From positions 1 through 64,000 of the forward strand of contig JAXLNO010002228.1 in NCBI GenBank assembly GCA_038087875.1: a stretch of DNA of 64,000 bases. The letters run 5' to 3'. This document shows, in pieces, positions 13,701 to 26,489 of the stretch (position 1 is the first letter of the stretch; each line of letters opens with the position of its first letter). The position numbers were made by a program, and so were the translations under genes. Source of the stretch: Malacoraja senta. Its lineage: Eukaryota. The notes under the pieces are model-generated. The model searched no databases. It was not told where the DNA came from and worked only from the letters and a program-made list of their open reading frames with translations.

Positions 13701-14064
13701 GTTGTTTTATGTCTTTCGAACAACTCTCCAATAACTTACCTAATTCACACTTTTTTAGATATTTACAAATTAGACAAAAGGAACTACCTCTTTTTCCGCT
13801 ACCACATCAACCCGAAATTGTTGATTTTTTTTTACAGTTGAACCCTTATCAGAAAGGATTAATAACGACTATTCATGAGTTGATTTCAAAATTACAAATA
13901 GATACATTTGATAAAATTAATAATGACTGGGAAAGAGAACTCCAAATGTCTTTATCTATAGAGAAATGGGAGAGGATCGTTCAATTAGTTAATACCTCTT
14001 CAATGTGTGCAGACACGCTTTGATACAATTCAAGGTGGTTGACAGAGCTCATATGTCAAAAGAT
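10760..14064 (+). pseudogene. L1 ORF2 (AP endonuclease + RT) remnant of host LINE
   Basis: SWNVNGLN, VQETH, GGDFN, YSRIDYF, SDH; KTPGLDG, YRPISMLN.DFKIL, RQGCPLSP, LYADD, YLG. Many frameshifts. Confidence 0.9.
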
Positions 14065-14429
14065 AAGTTAGCTCGTTTTTTTTTTTTTTGAAAATATTTT
14101 TTATTGGAGATAAGTACACAACCTATTAACATCATTACCAGTCTTACATTTTTGAATTGATAATATTGTCAATTATTATTACATTGTCTCCAATACCTTT
14201 TGCATTTTTTTGTTTTTTTTAAACTAGATAGAACTAAAAAGATAGATGAAGTAAAGAAAGAAAAGGGAGAGAAGAAAAGAGAGAGAAAGAAAAAAAAAAA
14301 AAAAAAAAAAACAGAAAAGAAATAGATAGTTAAAGAAGAATGGAAAAATTTATTAAAATAAAAAACTTCATTCGAGATATATTCGTACATTTCAGAGTAT
14401 AGCATTTCATCCATTCTTTAGCCCGAGTG

Positions 14430-17400
14430 CTAGTCAGGTTCCTGTGCTGAACCATTCTGACCCTTTAAATAATCAATAAAGGGAGACAATGTTCCAACGA
14501 ATAATTCCTGTTTGTCCAACAGGGAAAATCTGATTCTTTCCACGTTTAAGGTCTCCGTCATTTCTATAATCCACATTTTGATTGTGGGGGTTATAGGGCC
14601 TTTCCAAAATTTTAGAATTAATTTTTTTCCCGTTATTATACTATAATCAATAAAGTTTCTTTGTGTTGTTTTAAATGTTTGATTTAATTCTAATGTTCCG
14701 AGTATTATTAATTTTGGATCCGGGTCCAATTGTGTGCTGGTCACTTTAGATATTATACTGAAAATATTTACCCAGAATTTTTTTATTTTTATACAGTTTG
14801 CAAACATATGAGATAAGTTAGCTTCTAAATGTTGACATTTATCACATATAGGTGAGATATGTTGAAAGATTTTATGTAATTTTGTTTTTGAATAATGTAA
14901 CCTATGTATTACTTTAAATTGTATTAATGAATGTCTGGCATTTAATGAACATTGATGTATGTGTTGTAAACTTTCTTCCCAAGTATCTTTCGTTATTATT
15001 TGATTTAATTCTTTTTCCCATGTTTGTCTGTGTAAGTCCGTCGATGGAATGTCACTGTCTAATAAAATATTATATATATAAGATATTAATTTTTCTGTAT
15101 TAGGATGTTTATTCCAACATTCGTCAAGAATTTCTGAATTTCTAATTCGAAAATTTAGAGTATTCGATTTTACATAATCTCTGAGTTGAAGATATCTGAA
15201 AAAATCATTTCCTTGAAGTCCATAAGTCTGTTGCAACTCCTGAAATGTCAGAAAGGTGCCTTCCTTGTAAAGTTGTCCCATATTTTTAATTCCATAATTC
15301 TTCCATTGTGTAAAACCCCTGTCCAACCATGAGGGCTTAAACAAAGGGTTATTCACAATTGGAAGAAAAAGTGATAAATTATCTAATTTTAATGTCTTTT
15401 TTAATTGTTTCCAAATTCGTATAGCACTAAATATTATAGGGTTTTCCTACAATTTTTTTTGTTTAATTTAGACGTAGCAAATAATATCGAGCCGATATCA
15501 AAAGGTAAACAATCTTCCTTTTCCATTTTTAACCAATCTAGTTGTTGATCTATTTCTTCCAACCAGAAATTCATATTTTTAATATTAACTGCCCAAAAAT
15601 AAAACAGAAAGTTGGGTAAAACCAAGCCTCCATTTATTTTTGATTTACACAAATGTCTTTTATTTATCCTATGATTCTTATAATCCCAGATAAAATCATT
15701 AACAATGGAATCCAATTTTTTTTTAAAGTTTTTTGACAAATATATCGGAATTGTCTGAAAAAGGTATAATATTTGCGGTAAAAAAATCATTTTTATGGCA
15801 TTAATTTTGCCAACCATTGAGATAGGAAGTGTTTTCCAATATTGAATATTCTTATGTAGTTTGTTCAGTAATGGGGGGAAATTTGCTTTAAATAATGATG
15901 TATATATCTTAGTTACGTAAATGCCTAGGTATTTAAATTTTTCGTTTACTATTTTAAATGGAAATTGTTGTATTATCTGTTTGTTGTGTTCCCTTATTGG
16001 CATAATTTCACTTTTATTCCAATTTATTCTGTATCCTGAGAGTGAACCAAATTGGGTTATTAGCTTTAATAAGTTTGGAATACTAATTTCTGGTTTTGTA
16101 ATGTAAATTAGTACATCATCTGCGTATAGAGAAATTTTATTCACTGTGTCCTTTGTGTTATACCCATGTATTTCCGGATGACCCCTAACTCTTTCTGCGA
16201 GTGGCTCAATAGCAAGCGCAAATAATAATGGAGATAACGGGCATCCTTGTCTACAACCTCTAGATAGGCTGAATTTAGATGACAACCTTTGGTTTGTTAA
16301 TATTCTAGCCGTAGGGTTTGTATATAACAGTTTTATCCATGTGCAGAATTTCTCCCCTAGCTGCATATTTTCCATCACCGAAAATAAATAAGACCATTCA
16401 ACCTGATCAAATGCTTTTTCAGCGTCAAGTGAGATTATTGCTAGATCTTCATTAATAATTCTCTTAGAATAAATAATATTAAATAATCTTCTTAGATTAT
16501 AATATGAGTACCGTTTCTGAGTAAAGCCTGTTTGGTCAGGGTGTATTAATTTATTCATCACTGTACTTAATCTATGCGCTAGTATTTTAGTTAATATTTT
16601 CTGATCTGTATTTAAAAGTGCAATTGCCCTATATGATCCCGGATCTTCCGGATCTTTATCAACTTTAGGAATAAGTGTTATTATAGATTCATTTAAAGTA
16701 TCTGGAAGTTTCTGTTGAGTATAGATATGCTCATACAGCCTTTGTAAACGTGGGGAGAGCAAGTCATAATTTTTTTTATAGAATTCAGAGCCTAAACCAT
16801 CTGGTCCTACTGCTTTACCATTTTTTAAAGAGCCAATAGACTCCTCAATATCCTTTATCGTAATCTCCCTTTCTAATAATTCTCTACCGTTTGAATCTAA
16901 ACCTTTTAAATTACATTTTAGTAAAAAATCTGCTATTCCTTCTGGTTGTACTACAGTTTTAGTTGAATAAAGATTATGATAGTATTGGAGAAATCTTTCG
17001 TTTATATCCTTGGGCATTTTTAATAATTCTCCTGTCTCTGTTCTAATTTTATGAATTATTTTTTCCCCTTCCATTTTTCGTAACTGACGTGCTAATAGTT
17101 TTTGTGGTTTGTCTCCAAACTCAAAATGTAATTGTTTGTTTTTTGATAAAGTTTTATTACTTGTTCTGAATACATTTTGTTTAATTTATATTTCAATACA
17201 GCAATTTTATTATGTTTTAAAATAGATGGCATTCTCGCATTTTCTATATCTTGTTGCTTGATTTCCCTTTCCAATGTTTGTTGTTTAATCCTGTTCTCTT
17301 TATTATAAAATACTTGAGCAGAAATTAATGCACCTCGAACAAACGCTTTAAACGTTTCCCACATAAGAGAAGTAGGTGTGTCAGGGTTGTCATATACCAC

Positions 17401-18228
17401 AAAAAATATTTGAATCTGTTTAGTAAGATATTCTTCGCATGATCTTTCGTTCAAAATTTGTGGGTTAAATCTCCAATATGTTTGTTTCTCGGACATTCCA
17501 TTTAATTTAATCATGAATGTTACAGGTGCGTGATCTGAGATTATAATATTATGGTGTTTTGAGTTGTAAGTAAATGGGATAAACGTGGAGTCAACTAAAA
17601 AATAATCTATTCTTGAGTATGTTTTATGTACTGGTGAGTAAAATGAATATTCCCGTCCAGTTGGATTTTCAATTCTCCAGACATCCTTAATATTAGTGGT
17701 ATTAATAAATGAATTTAAAAATACACTTGATTGAGATTTTACTTTTTTTTGCCTTGATGATCTATCTAAGTATGAATCTAATGTGCAATTGAAGTCTCCT
17801 CCAATTATTAATTTATATTGTGTAAATTCAGGAATTATATTAAATGTTTTATTAAAAAACATAGGGTTATCAAAATTAGGCCCATATACATTAAGAAGAA
17901 TCACTTTCTCTCCATTTAACTCTCCAACTAATATAATATATCTACCATCAATATCCGCTATTGTTGATGAATTCGTAAAAGGTATTCCTTTACGAATTAA
18001 TATTGCAACTCCTCTGGACTTATGGGAAAAAGAGGAATGATATGATTCAGCGATCCACTTAGCTTTAAGTCTATGTTGAGATTCCTTTTTAAGGTGTGTT
18101 TCTTGAAGGAATATTATATCTGTTTTGATTGAATTTAGATGTGCCAAAACTTTACCTCTCTTAATTGGTTCATTGATTCCCTTAACATTCCAACTACAAA
18201 ATGTTATTCCCTGACCCCCTCTTGTCAT
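14430..18228 (-). CDS. L1 ORF2p (APE-RT-CCHC), broken only by two single-base frameshifts
   Basis: MTRGGQGITFCSWNVKG, LQETH, GGDFNC, YSRIDYF, SDH; GPDG, RQGCPLSP, LYADD, YLG; CDKC...HMF..C. Adding one base at ~17150 and one at ~15445 gives 3801 bp, i.e. 1266 aa + stop. Confidence 0.85.
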
Positions 18229-18621
18229 ATTAACATCTTGCATATTGTTTCTAAGGTGGTCTATAACCGAGCAGAAGGTGCAACACATAAAACCTGACCC
18301 TGCTCCCGAACCTCGAATAGATGAATTTAAAATCATATACATCGCTCTTCCGAACACATCTCCTTGAATTAGTCTTGTTGTTCCATTCAAACATTAAGTT
18401 ATAAAAATATTTAAAGTGAAAAAAGTGATAGAATTGGTTAGTATAGGGTGAAAGAAAAAAAACTACATCTACAATTAGTGTAGTTAGTGATAGCCACACT
18501 AACGTGGCTAGAATTCTAAAGACTTCCGTAGCCTTTGTAAAAAAAAAATTCCCAGCTCCGTGCCCGAAAAAAAAAGAAAGAATATTTCTGACAATCAATT
18601 AACTTCTTTGGGAGTAGCAAA

Positions 18622-18754
18622 NNNNNNNNNNNNNNNNNNNNNNNNNNNNNNNNNNNNNNNNNNNNNNNNNNNNNNNNNNNNNNNNNNNNNNNNNNNNNNN
18701 NNNNNNNNNNNNNNNNNNNNNNNNNNNNNNNNNNNNNNNNNNNNNNNNNNNNNN
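18622..18754. other. Assembly gap (N run) in L1 inter-ORF region
   Basis: Run of N. Confidence 1.
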
Positions 18755-19351
18755 GCACATATCCCTGCAGAAAAGTCCGAAAACAACATAAATTCACAAC
18801 GTTATTATTCTCTACATACCATATTAATATCTTCGCTAAATCTATAAATTTAATTTTAAATTGAAAAATAAAGAGAAAAACCGTCAAACCTTATTATGAC
18901 GTAGGCTGAATTACCTCTTGCACATCTTCCTGTAGAATATAAGTATGTAACTCATTTCTACGTTAACCAGAGATTGTTAGTTATTAATCATTGTTATCGA
19001 TCATACCCAGTATTAAATTTTTATGAGTAATATAAATGTTAATAATTTTAGTAGTAATATAGATATTTAATAAGTATTAGCAGTTACATATATAGTTAGA
19101 TATGAATATACTAAATAGTAATAGTGATTAATAACAATTGGTCACAACTATGATATTATTGTTCTTAAAGTTTATACTAAAAATAAAAAAAGATTAAAAA
19201 AAATAATAATAAAAAACCACGGTTTTCTCCAATGTCCACCGTCCATTTCGGTTTTCGAATGTCCTTAAAGCTCTTAAAAGAACTTTAAAGGTCCTTTTAA
19301 ATCTGGTGAAGTCCCGTTAATCCTTGACTCCTGAGGAGTAATGTAAATTCT

Positions 19352-20380
19352 TCAGTCTGTGGTCACGTTCCCGATTTCTTTGGCATATTCCAGTGCTTTT
19401 TCATGGTCTGTAAAAAATTGCTCCTTCTGCTTGTAGGTGACTCTTAGTCTTGCGGGGTAAAGCAAGCCGTATCTCAAATCAGGTACCTTCTTCAGTATTC
19501 TTTTTGTCTCAGTGAACAGTGCTCTTTTCTTGAAGACCTCTGCCGGATAATCTCGGTAAATACTGAACCTCGCACCTTCAAAATAGAGCTGTCCGCTTCG
19601 GACGATTTTCTTCATTATCTCGTCAAATTCATGATCAAGTTGCACCTTTACTATAATTTGTCTTGGATGGGCATCATCTTGTGTACGACGCCCCTGCGCT
19701 CTATGTGCTCGACCGAGTGAAGGTTTTTGATCCAATTTTAAGGCTTTTTGTAGTAGGTCTGCCACAAAATCCCGAGGGCCCATATCCCTCTCACTTCCTT
19801 CTTTCACCCCTACAATTCTTAAATTCTTGCGTCTTTGACGCCCCTCCAAATCGGTACACTTATCACTTAATTTGATCACCATACCGGAGAGGCGTTGGTT
19901 TTCAATAAGGAGTCGATTTACAGTTTCCTCACTTGTCGCCGCCCATTTCTCAAGTTCGGTTATCGCTGTTCTATGTTGATCAAGTGCTTGATGAATGGGG
20001 ACCACCTCCATATTAGCGTTCGATTCCACCGAAACGAACCTGGCTTCCAGCACTTCCATCTGTTCCTTGACCTCATCGTCCCTCGACCTCTTCCAGACTT
20101 CCAGTATTTCTTGAACGGTAGAAAGCATTTCTGCTTTAAAATCTACCTTAAAAGAGTTAAGTTCCTCTTTAAAATTCAATTTTCCTTCAAAGGTTTTCAA
20201 CTGTAGTTGAATCTGTTTAATTTCAACAGCGAGAAAAGTTTTAAGATCTTCAATTTCAGACTTTTTCTGCTTTGATTTCTTCGTTGGGTCTTCCTGGGCC
20301 GTCATTGTACCTGAGGCCGAGGCCTCAGTTAGGCCTACCTCTTCCATCGGTGGTTTCCCTTTAACGGGTTTTTTTGGCAC
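19352..20380 (-). CDS. L1 ORF1p (coiled coil, RRM, CTD), open
   Basis: 342-aa open frame with DLEGRQRRKNLRIVGVKEG, GRAHR, PRQIIVK, IYRDYPAEV..KR, YGLLYPARLRV. The track starts at GTG next to a long homopolymer, so the true start is uncertain. Confidence 0.88.
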   Translation of the reverse strand: MPKKPVKGKPPMEEVGLTEASASGTMTAQEDPTKKSKQKKSEIEDLKTFLAVEIKQIQLQLKTFEGKLNFKEELNSFKVDFKAEMLSTVQEILEVWKRSRDDEVKEQMEVLEARFVSVESNANMEVVPIHQALDQHRTAITELEKWAATSEETVNRLLIENQRLSGMVIKLSDKCTDLEGRQRRKNLRIVGVKEGSERDMGPRDFVADLLQKALKLDQKPSLGRAHRAQGRRTQDDAHPRQIIVKVQLDHEFDEIMKKIVRSGQLYFEGARFSIYRDYPAEVFKKRALFTETKRILKKVPDLRYGLLYPARLRVTYKQKEQFFTDHEKALEYAKEIGNVTTD

Positions 20381-22700
20381 ACGGGGGGGGGGGGATGTTG
20401 CGTCGACATACCGTCAAAGTCGCGCGCCTGATGACGTCACGCGGCAGGCAGCCGTTCAGATCGCGATCGCTGCAGGTAAGACCCGATTTTCTCCCGTTTT
20501 CAGATTCTTCGGCACGGAGCTAGTTGGTACTGGACTCAAGCCTCCATAGCGCCACCGGAAGTCAAGTTAGCTCGTTTTTATGGTCATATAAATCCTACCT
20601 GTGACAGATGTAACTCTGAAGTGGCATCACTGACCCATATGTTTTGGTCCTGCCCTCTTTTGGAAAAATATTGGAAATACATTTTTGATACTATTTCGGT
20701 AGTCTTAGGTATAGATTTACAACCTCATCCTATTACTGCAATTTTTGGGTTACCAATGTTAGATTCTATTCATTTGTCCCACTCCGCCCATCGGTTGATT
20801 GCTTTTACCACATTAATTGCCAGAAGATTTATTTTCATTAAATGGAAAGATTCCAACCCTCCGACCACACTCCAGTGGTATTCTGAAACGATATCATGTT
20901 TAAATTTAGAAAAAATCAGAAGTGACATTGTTGAACCCTTGGTTCAATTTGATAAGACTTGGGGAAAATTTATTGAACACTTTCATACAACATAAATTGT
21001 TCCCTCTTTAACCTTTATAAAAATTATTTTACCTTCATAGGGTGGAACGGACTTGACGACAAACAGACGTAAATTGTTGAATTTCTCAGTTCAGATTCGG
21101 TTTTGCTCTGTTTTGTTTTATTTATTTATTTTATTTTTATTCTTATTTTATTATTATCCAATTTTTTTAATTTTTTTTTAGTTTAGGGGGGTTTTGTTTT
21201 TTCTTTTTCTTTTTGTCTTTTTATCTTTGCTTTTTTTTTACATTTATGTTTCCTTTTAAAGATTTAACTATATTTACATAGAGATGGAGAGGTCTATATT
21301 CATTGTGTATTTTGACACTGGTCTCATATTTTACTTCGGAATCACGTGAGTGACTATGTGAAGAACCCCGCCAGTGCGCCTGCGCGTCATTACGTCATAC
21401 GCCTTGTCGCAAACGGACGTGAGGAGCAGAGCTCCTCAGTGGATTTGTAGTTTTTTAACTACAAGGTAAGTAAAAACTTTTTTAGTATTTTTTCATGTCC
21501 GTTTACTGTGGGTCTGTGGGGATTTCTTCCACAGATGCCATGGGAAAAAACGGGCAGGGGGAAGAGGCGAGCGACACAGCCGACAGAAAGTCGGGAAAGT
21601 CGGGAGTCTGCGGGTAGCGACCAACCGCCTCTAACCCCGGTACAGTCGTCAGCGGTGAGCATAGCGACTGTGGACCTGGGGCAGTCAACGCCTGTCGGGC
21701 GCAAGGCCAAGTCCGAATTGAAACGGGCCACGGAGGAGGAGTCCCAGGAAATGGAAGCTCCAGGGCTAGATACTGCTTTTAAAGCGTATTGCCCAAATGG
21801 AAAGCCTGCTACATAGGCTGTTGGAGCAAAGCACACTCAGGTAAGAGTGTACTGAAAACCAAGCTGCTGGAAGCAGCTCAACAGCTCCTGGTTCAGGGCT
21901 GATAGAATGCACCCTCAGGGATGAGGAGCGTGCCATAGGTCATGAGATTTCAGACCCTGATTCTGACGGTGAGGCTCTATGTGATTTGTCACAGTAGCCG
22001 TGATGTACGTGATGTACAGATGTTCCACCCCTGGCAGTATGATTCGCTGCCCCGTCAGAGTCAGGAGAGCCATTAGAAGAGAATTGGCCTCCCTAATAAA
22101 TTACTTGGTTTCCCATCAGCTGGAACAGCAGGAAATGAATGAGAATGCAAGAAAATATGAGTTGAGTATGATTATGAGAACTCAAGAATTGAAATGGCAG
22201 AGAATATTAAAGCTGCTGGAATAACTGCTTTGCCAGAATAGCGGATAAAAGCCAACGGAGTTGCATCAGAAAGCACTGGGGTTGCTATGCAGCACCCACT
22301 TCGAGATCAATTGTCCGAGGAAAGGTGCTATACGGCCTATTATGAATCCGAAATTCGCAGCACTCTGCAAACCAAGTAATGTACAATTACCCAACTTACT
22401 CTTTGGAGAGGATCTCGAGAGATGTGTTAAAGAGTTGGAAGATGAAGCGAAAACAGGATTGATGAAAACATCAATGGTTGAAAAGTCTGTAAAGAGGAAT
22501 ATCCTTTCAGATGTCATACGGATCCTGGACAGGACCAAGTCGCACATTAACGCAGGGACGTAGCTGGCGGCCTGCAGCGGGAGCAAGAACCAGTGAGGGT
22601 GCTTCCGGGAGAATCCAGGAATCTCAGAGTACTCAAATGACTCAAGAGGTAGGTGGACCTGGTTCTCATGGGAACATACTAACTGGATTAAGTCCAAAAG

Positions 22701-24570
22701 TTGGTGGCAGATTATGTCTCTTCTATAAACAATTGGAAGATTACTTCAGATGTGGTAATTCTGAATAGTATACAAGGATTTCGAATTGAATTCAATCCAA
22801 ATTATGATTTGCCTGTCCAGCATGTTCCTAGCAGAATTCTCCACTTCTTCGGCATGGACTTGAAAGGCCGAGATGGCCTGTTTTCCTGCTGTAATTGTCA
22901 TATGGTTTGCACAAAAAGAAGTGATGGAGGTTCAAGCTGCGTTTCAAACCCTATATATAAAATGTGTTATTGAAGAATCAGTCTACCAAATTCACCAATT
23001 TGTGTTAAATATATTCCATCGATCAAAAAAGGATTGAGGATGTGGGATTATTCTAGACTTGACAAGTCTGAATCCTTTTGTTTAATTTAAACATTTTAAA
23101 AGAGATATTTGTGACTGCCAAACAACTTATTTCAGAAGCATGTCATATGGCAACTATAGATTTAAAAGATACATATTCAGTATCTTAAATTTACATGGAT
23201 GAACCAGTTATGGCAGTTCAAAGCTTTGCCTAATGGGTTAACGTCCGCTCCCAGAATATTCACAAAATTATTAAAACCAGTTCTGGGGTTGCTAAGAAGC
23301 CAGGGGCATGTACTAGTGGCATATTTTGGATGATGCGCTGATAATAGGAAGGACAAAACAGTCAACAGAAGCATCTGTGGCAGTTGTGAAATCAACTTTT
23401 GAAAGTTTGGGGTTTCTAATTCATCCAAAGGAATCAAGGTTAACACCATGTACCTCGATTGATTATTTGGGGTTCACAATTGATTCAGTCCAAATGAAAA
23501 TTACTTTGCCCAGTGAAAAAAGGGTGGAGTTGATTAAAGATTGCAGTAATCTGGTAAACGAGCAAAACCCCTCAATCAGACAGGTGGCTTGAGTACTGGG
23601 AAAATTAGTAGCAGCATTCCCAGCAGTCCAATTCGGACCATTACATTATCAACAGCTGCAGAGAGTTAAAGAACAGGCACTGAGAATGCATGTTGGTCAT
23701 TTTGATAGAACCATGCAACTGACAACAAATGCTGTTTCTGATCTGCAGTGGTGGATTCTACATGTCTCAAGCAGTTCCAGCAGAGTGCTGATTGAACAAA
23801 CCTTCCATGATATTACAAACAGATGCCAGTACACTAGGATGGGGTGAAACTGACTTAGCATCTAGCTGCGGAGGCAGATGGAATCAGGAAGAGTCATTGT
23901 TACTGCAGACATGGGGAGTTAACTATTTGGAGTTTTAGGATGTTTCTATGGACTCCAAGGTTATTGTTCTAACACAACTAAAAGGCATGTCCAAGTTCAG
24001 ATTGATAAACACAACAGCAATTGCCTATATTAATGATATGGATGAAATCAAGTCAGGGTCATGTGACAAAATGGCTAATCAACTTTGGACTGGGTGTATT
24101 GAAAAGAATATTTGAATTTCAGCTATCTATCTACCAGGTAGAATGAACACGATAGCAGACACCAGGTCACGAAAGTTCCATGATAATAAGAATGGATGTT
24201 GAATCGAGAGGTATTCAATGATATAGTAATCAGATTTTGAATGCCCAACATTGACTTGTTTATATCTAGGCTGAATCATCAGCTATCGAGATATGTCTCA
24301 TGTGAATCAGATCCAGGAGCAGTGGCGATTGATTCTTTCTCGCTACATTGGAGTGATATGTTGTCATATATATTTCCACTTTTCTGCCTTATAAGCCAGT
24401 GTTTGCTTAAAGTCAGGCAAGATGCTGATTCAGGTGTATTGGTAATACCAGATTGGCCTACACAGCCATGGTATCTGTTGATATTAGAATTAACAACACA
24501 AATGTTGATGAAAGTCCCCAAAAGGAGTAATTTATTGCTGCACCCTGTAACAGGGAAACAACATCCATTA
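22701..24570 (+). pseudogene. DIRS RT/RNaseH/MT remnant (copy B)
   Basis: QLWQFKALPNGLTSAPRIFTKLLKP, DDALI, YLGF, IDLFISRLNHQL, IPDWPTQPWY. Many stops/frameshifts. Confidence 0.88.
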
Positions 24571-24573
24571 TAT

Positions 24574-24834
24574 CGACCACCCCGGGCCGCGGTGTTTGAG
24601 CCGCGGGAAACATCGCCCGGGGGGTATCGCCTCAGCGCAGAGGGAGAAGAGGAGGGAAGAGACTGCAGACCTAAGACTTTTGCCTCCATCACAGTGAGGA
24701 GATGTTGGGTGGACTCACTGTGGTGGATGTTAATATGTGTTTATTGTTGTTTTATGTATGACTGTTGCAATTTCGTTCAGACTTCGGTCTGAATGACAAT
24801 AAAGGGCTATCTAATCTAATCTATCTAATCTAAT
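24574..24834 (+). mobile_element. Short non-autonomous retroelement (GC-rich head, tgacaataaa + (TCTAA)n tail) inserted in DIRS copy B
   Basis: Interrupts sequence that is collinear in DIRS copy A (catccttta...ttgttgatttgcag). Microsatellite 3' tail. Confidence 0.75.
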
Positions 24835-24854
24835 GATTGTTTGGATTTGTTGAT

Positions 24855-25835
24855 TTGCAGGTTTAAGAAGGCCTTTTCTGGGGCGAGGACTGTCTGAGCG
24901 TACTGTGGACATGCTTACGGCAGCCTGGAGGAAGAGCACTCCAAAAACAGTACCTTTCTTATATTAAGAAATGGGAAAAGTTCTGTGTACAAAAGAATTT
25001 GCAATATAGTACTGCAGATATTTCAAATGTTTAGAAAATCTGTCAAAACTCTATTATGATGAAGGTCTGAGTTGTAGTGCAATTAATTCAGCCATAAGTG
25101 CATTGCCCTCATATTTGGTTCTGGATTCAGAAATAAACCCAATTGGGTCACACCCAATTCTTTCCAGACTAATGAAAGGAATCTTTAATTCCAAACCACC
25201 GAAACCTAGGTACATGACAATCTGGGATGTAAGTGTGGTACTGAAACTACTTCGTGAATGGTCACCAAGTGTGTCTTTACCTTTGGTCAAGCTCAGGATG
25301 AAAGTATTCATGCTTATGGCATGAGTGACTGCACAACGAGTGCAAACACTTAGAAAATTACAAATAGATACTATGGAAGTAACTGAAGACAAGGTTACAT
25401 TCTATATCTATGACCTATTAAAGCAAATTAGGCCAGGTGTGACAGGATTTAAAATTATGCTAGCAGCATATCCAAATGATCCTTGTCTCTGTGTTAAGAC
25501 ATATTTGTGACAATGCATTGAGGTCACAAAGCATTTAAGAAATACGGAAACTGGGTTGTTAATCACACACAAGAAACCACACAAGAGAGTTTCAATACAG
25601 ACTATTTCCTGATGGATAAAAGAAGTCATAACAGCTGCTGATATTAACACTTATGTTTTTACGTCTCACTCGACTAGGGCAGCAGAAATGTCGGCGGCCA
25701 GGGCATAAGACGTCCCCGTCGACCATATCCTCGCAGCCGCCGGATGGTCCAATGAGTTGATGTTTCAACATTTTTACCATCGGCCTATTGTTAATGCGGG
25801 ATTGTGTGCAGAAACTATTTTAAGTTCTGTGTAAA
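24855..25835 (+). pseudogene. DIRS tyrosine recombinase remnant (copy B)
   Basis: AAWRKST, MKGIFNSKPPKPRY, TAQRVQTL, YDLLKQIRPG, SHSTRAA, AAGW. Confidence 0.88.
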
Positions 25836-26489
25836 TTCCTCTGGTTTAAAGGGGATCTGATTAATTTCATTATTGAAATGAATGACTGCATTTGTGGTAC
25901 AAATGTTATTATGAATGCATGATTGATTATTCTCGTTCCGAGTCAATCTATGCAGTGAGAAGCCGGGATTGATCTACGGCATGAAATCACAAAGCTTTAA
26001 AATCTTCACGTAGTAACTCACGTGACTCCGAAGTAAAATAGTAAGATTAAACGAGAACTTACCTAAGTTTGAAGTTTGATCTTTATTTTATGAGGAGTTA
26101 CGTAGGTGATTACGTGCCCGCCATGACCCTACCCTCTATCATAAAGGTCAGATTGAAGTTCTTGTATTACTCGTTTTATTATGAGACTATATTACTTCGG
26201 TTGTTGTTTTTTGTGATTTCACACCGCTGCTTTGAAGATTGGCGCACTGGCGGGGTTCTTCACGTAATCACCTACGTAACTCCTCATAAAATAAAGATCA
26301 AACTTCAAACTTAGGTAAGTTCTCGTTTAATCTTACTATTAGTTTATACTTGTTATTAATGTAATCATGATCCCTATGTATCAATACCATTGTTATGTTT
26401 ATCATTATTCTTTTTGCTCTGTTTTTTATGTTTTATTTTTGTTTTTGTTTTTTTGAAAAAAAACAATAAAAAGATTTTAAAAGAAAGGT

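Larger units (their letters stand above)
14081..20563 (-). mobile_element. Full-length young L1-clade LINE inserted antisense into host L1
   Basis: 16-bp TSD aagttagctcgttttt (14065-14080; 20564-20579). Poly(A) tail (plus-strand T run 14081-14089). 5' end GACTTCCGGTGGCGCTATGG. T/AAAAA nick site on the minus strand. Confidence 0.95.
21328..26340 (+). mobile_element. DIRS1-type retrotransposon, full-length, disrupted (copy B), inserted in host L1 3' UTR
   Basis: Same terminal architecture as copy A: left end attttacttcggaatcacgtgag, ICR ~26005-26116, right end ...tttaatcttactatt. ATT at both ends. gag/RT/RH/MT/YR remnants. Confidence 0.93.
9250..26487 (+). mobile_element. Old L1-clade LINE (host element) interrupted by an antisense L1 and a DIRS
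   Basis: ORF1 remnant 9321-10156; ORF2 remnant from ~10760 to 14064, resuming at 20580-20995 (LTHMFWSC zinc knuckle). 3' UTR is split by DIRS copy B and ends caataaaaagattttaaaagaaag at ~26487. The 5' boundary is approximate. Confidence 0.85.
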
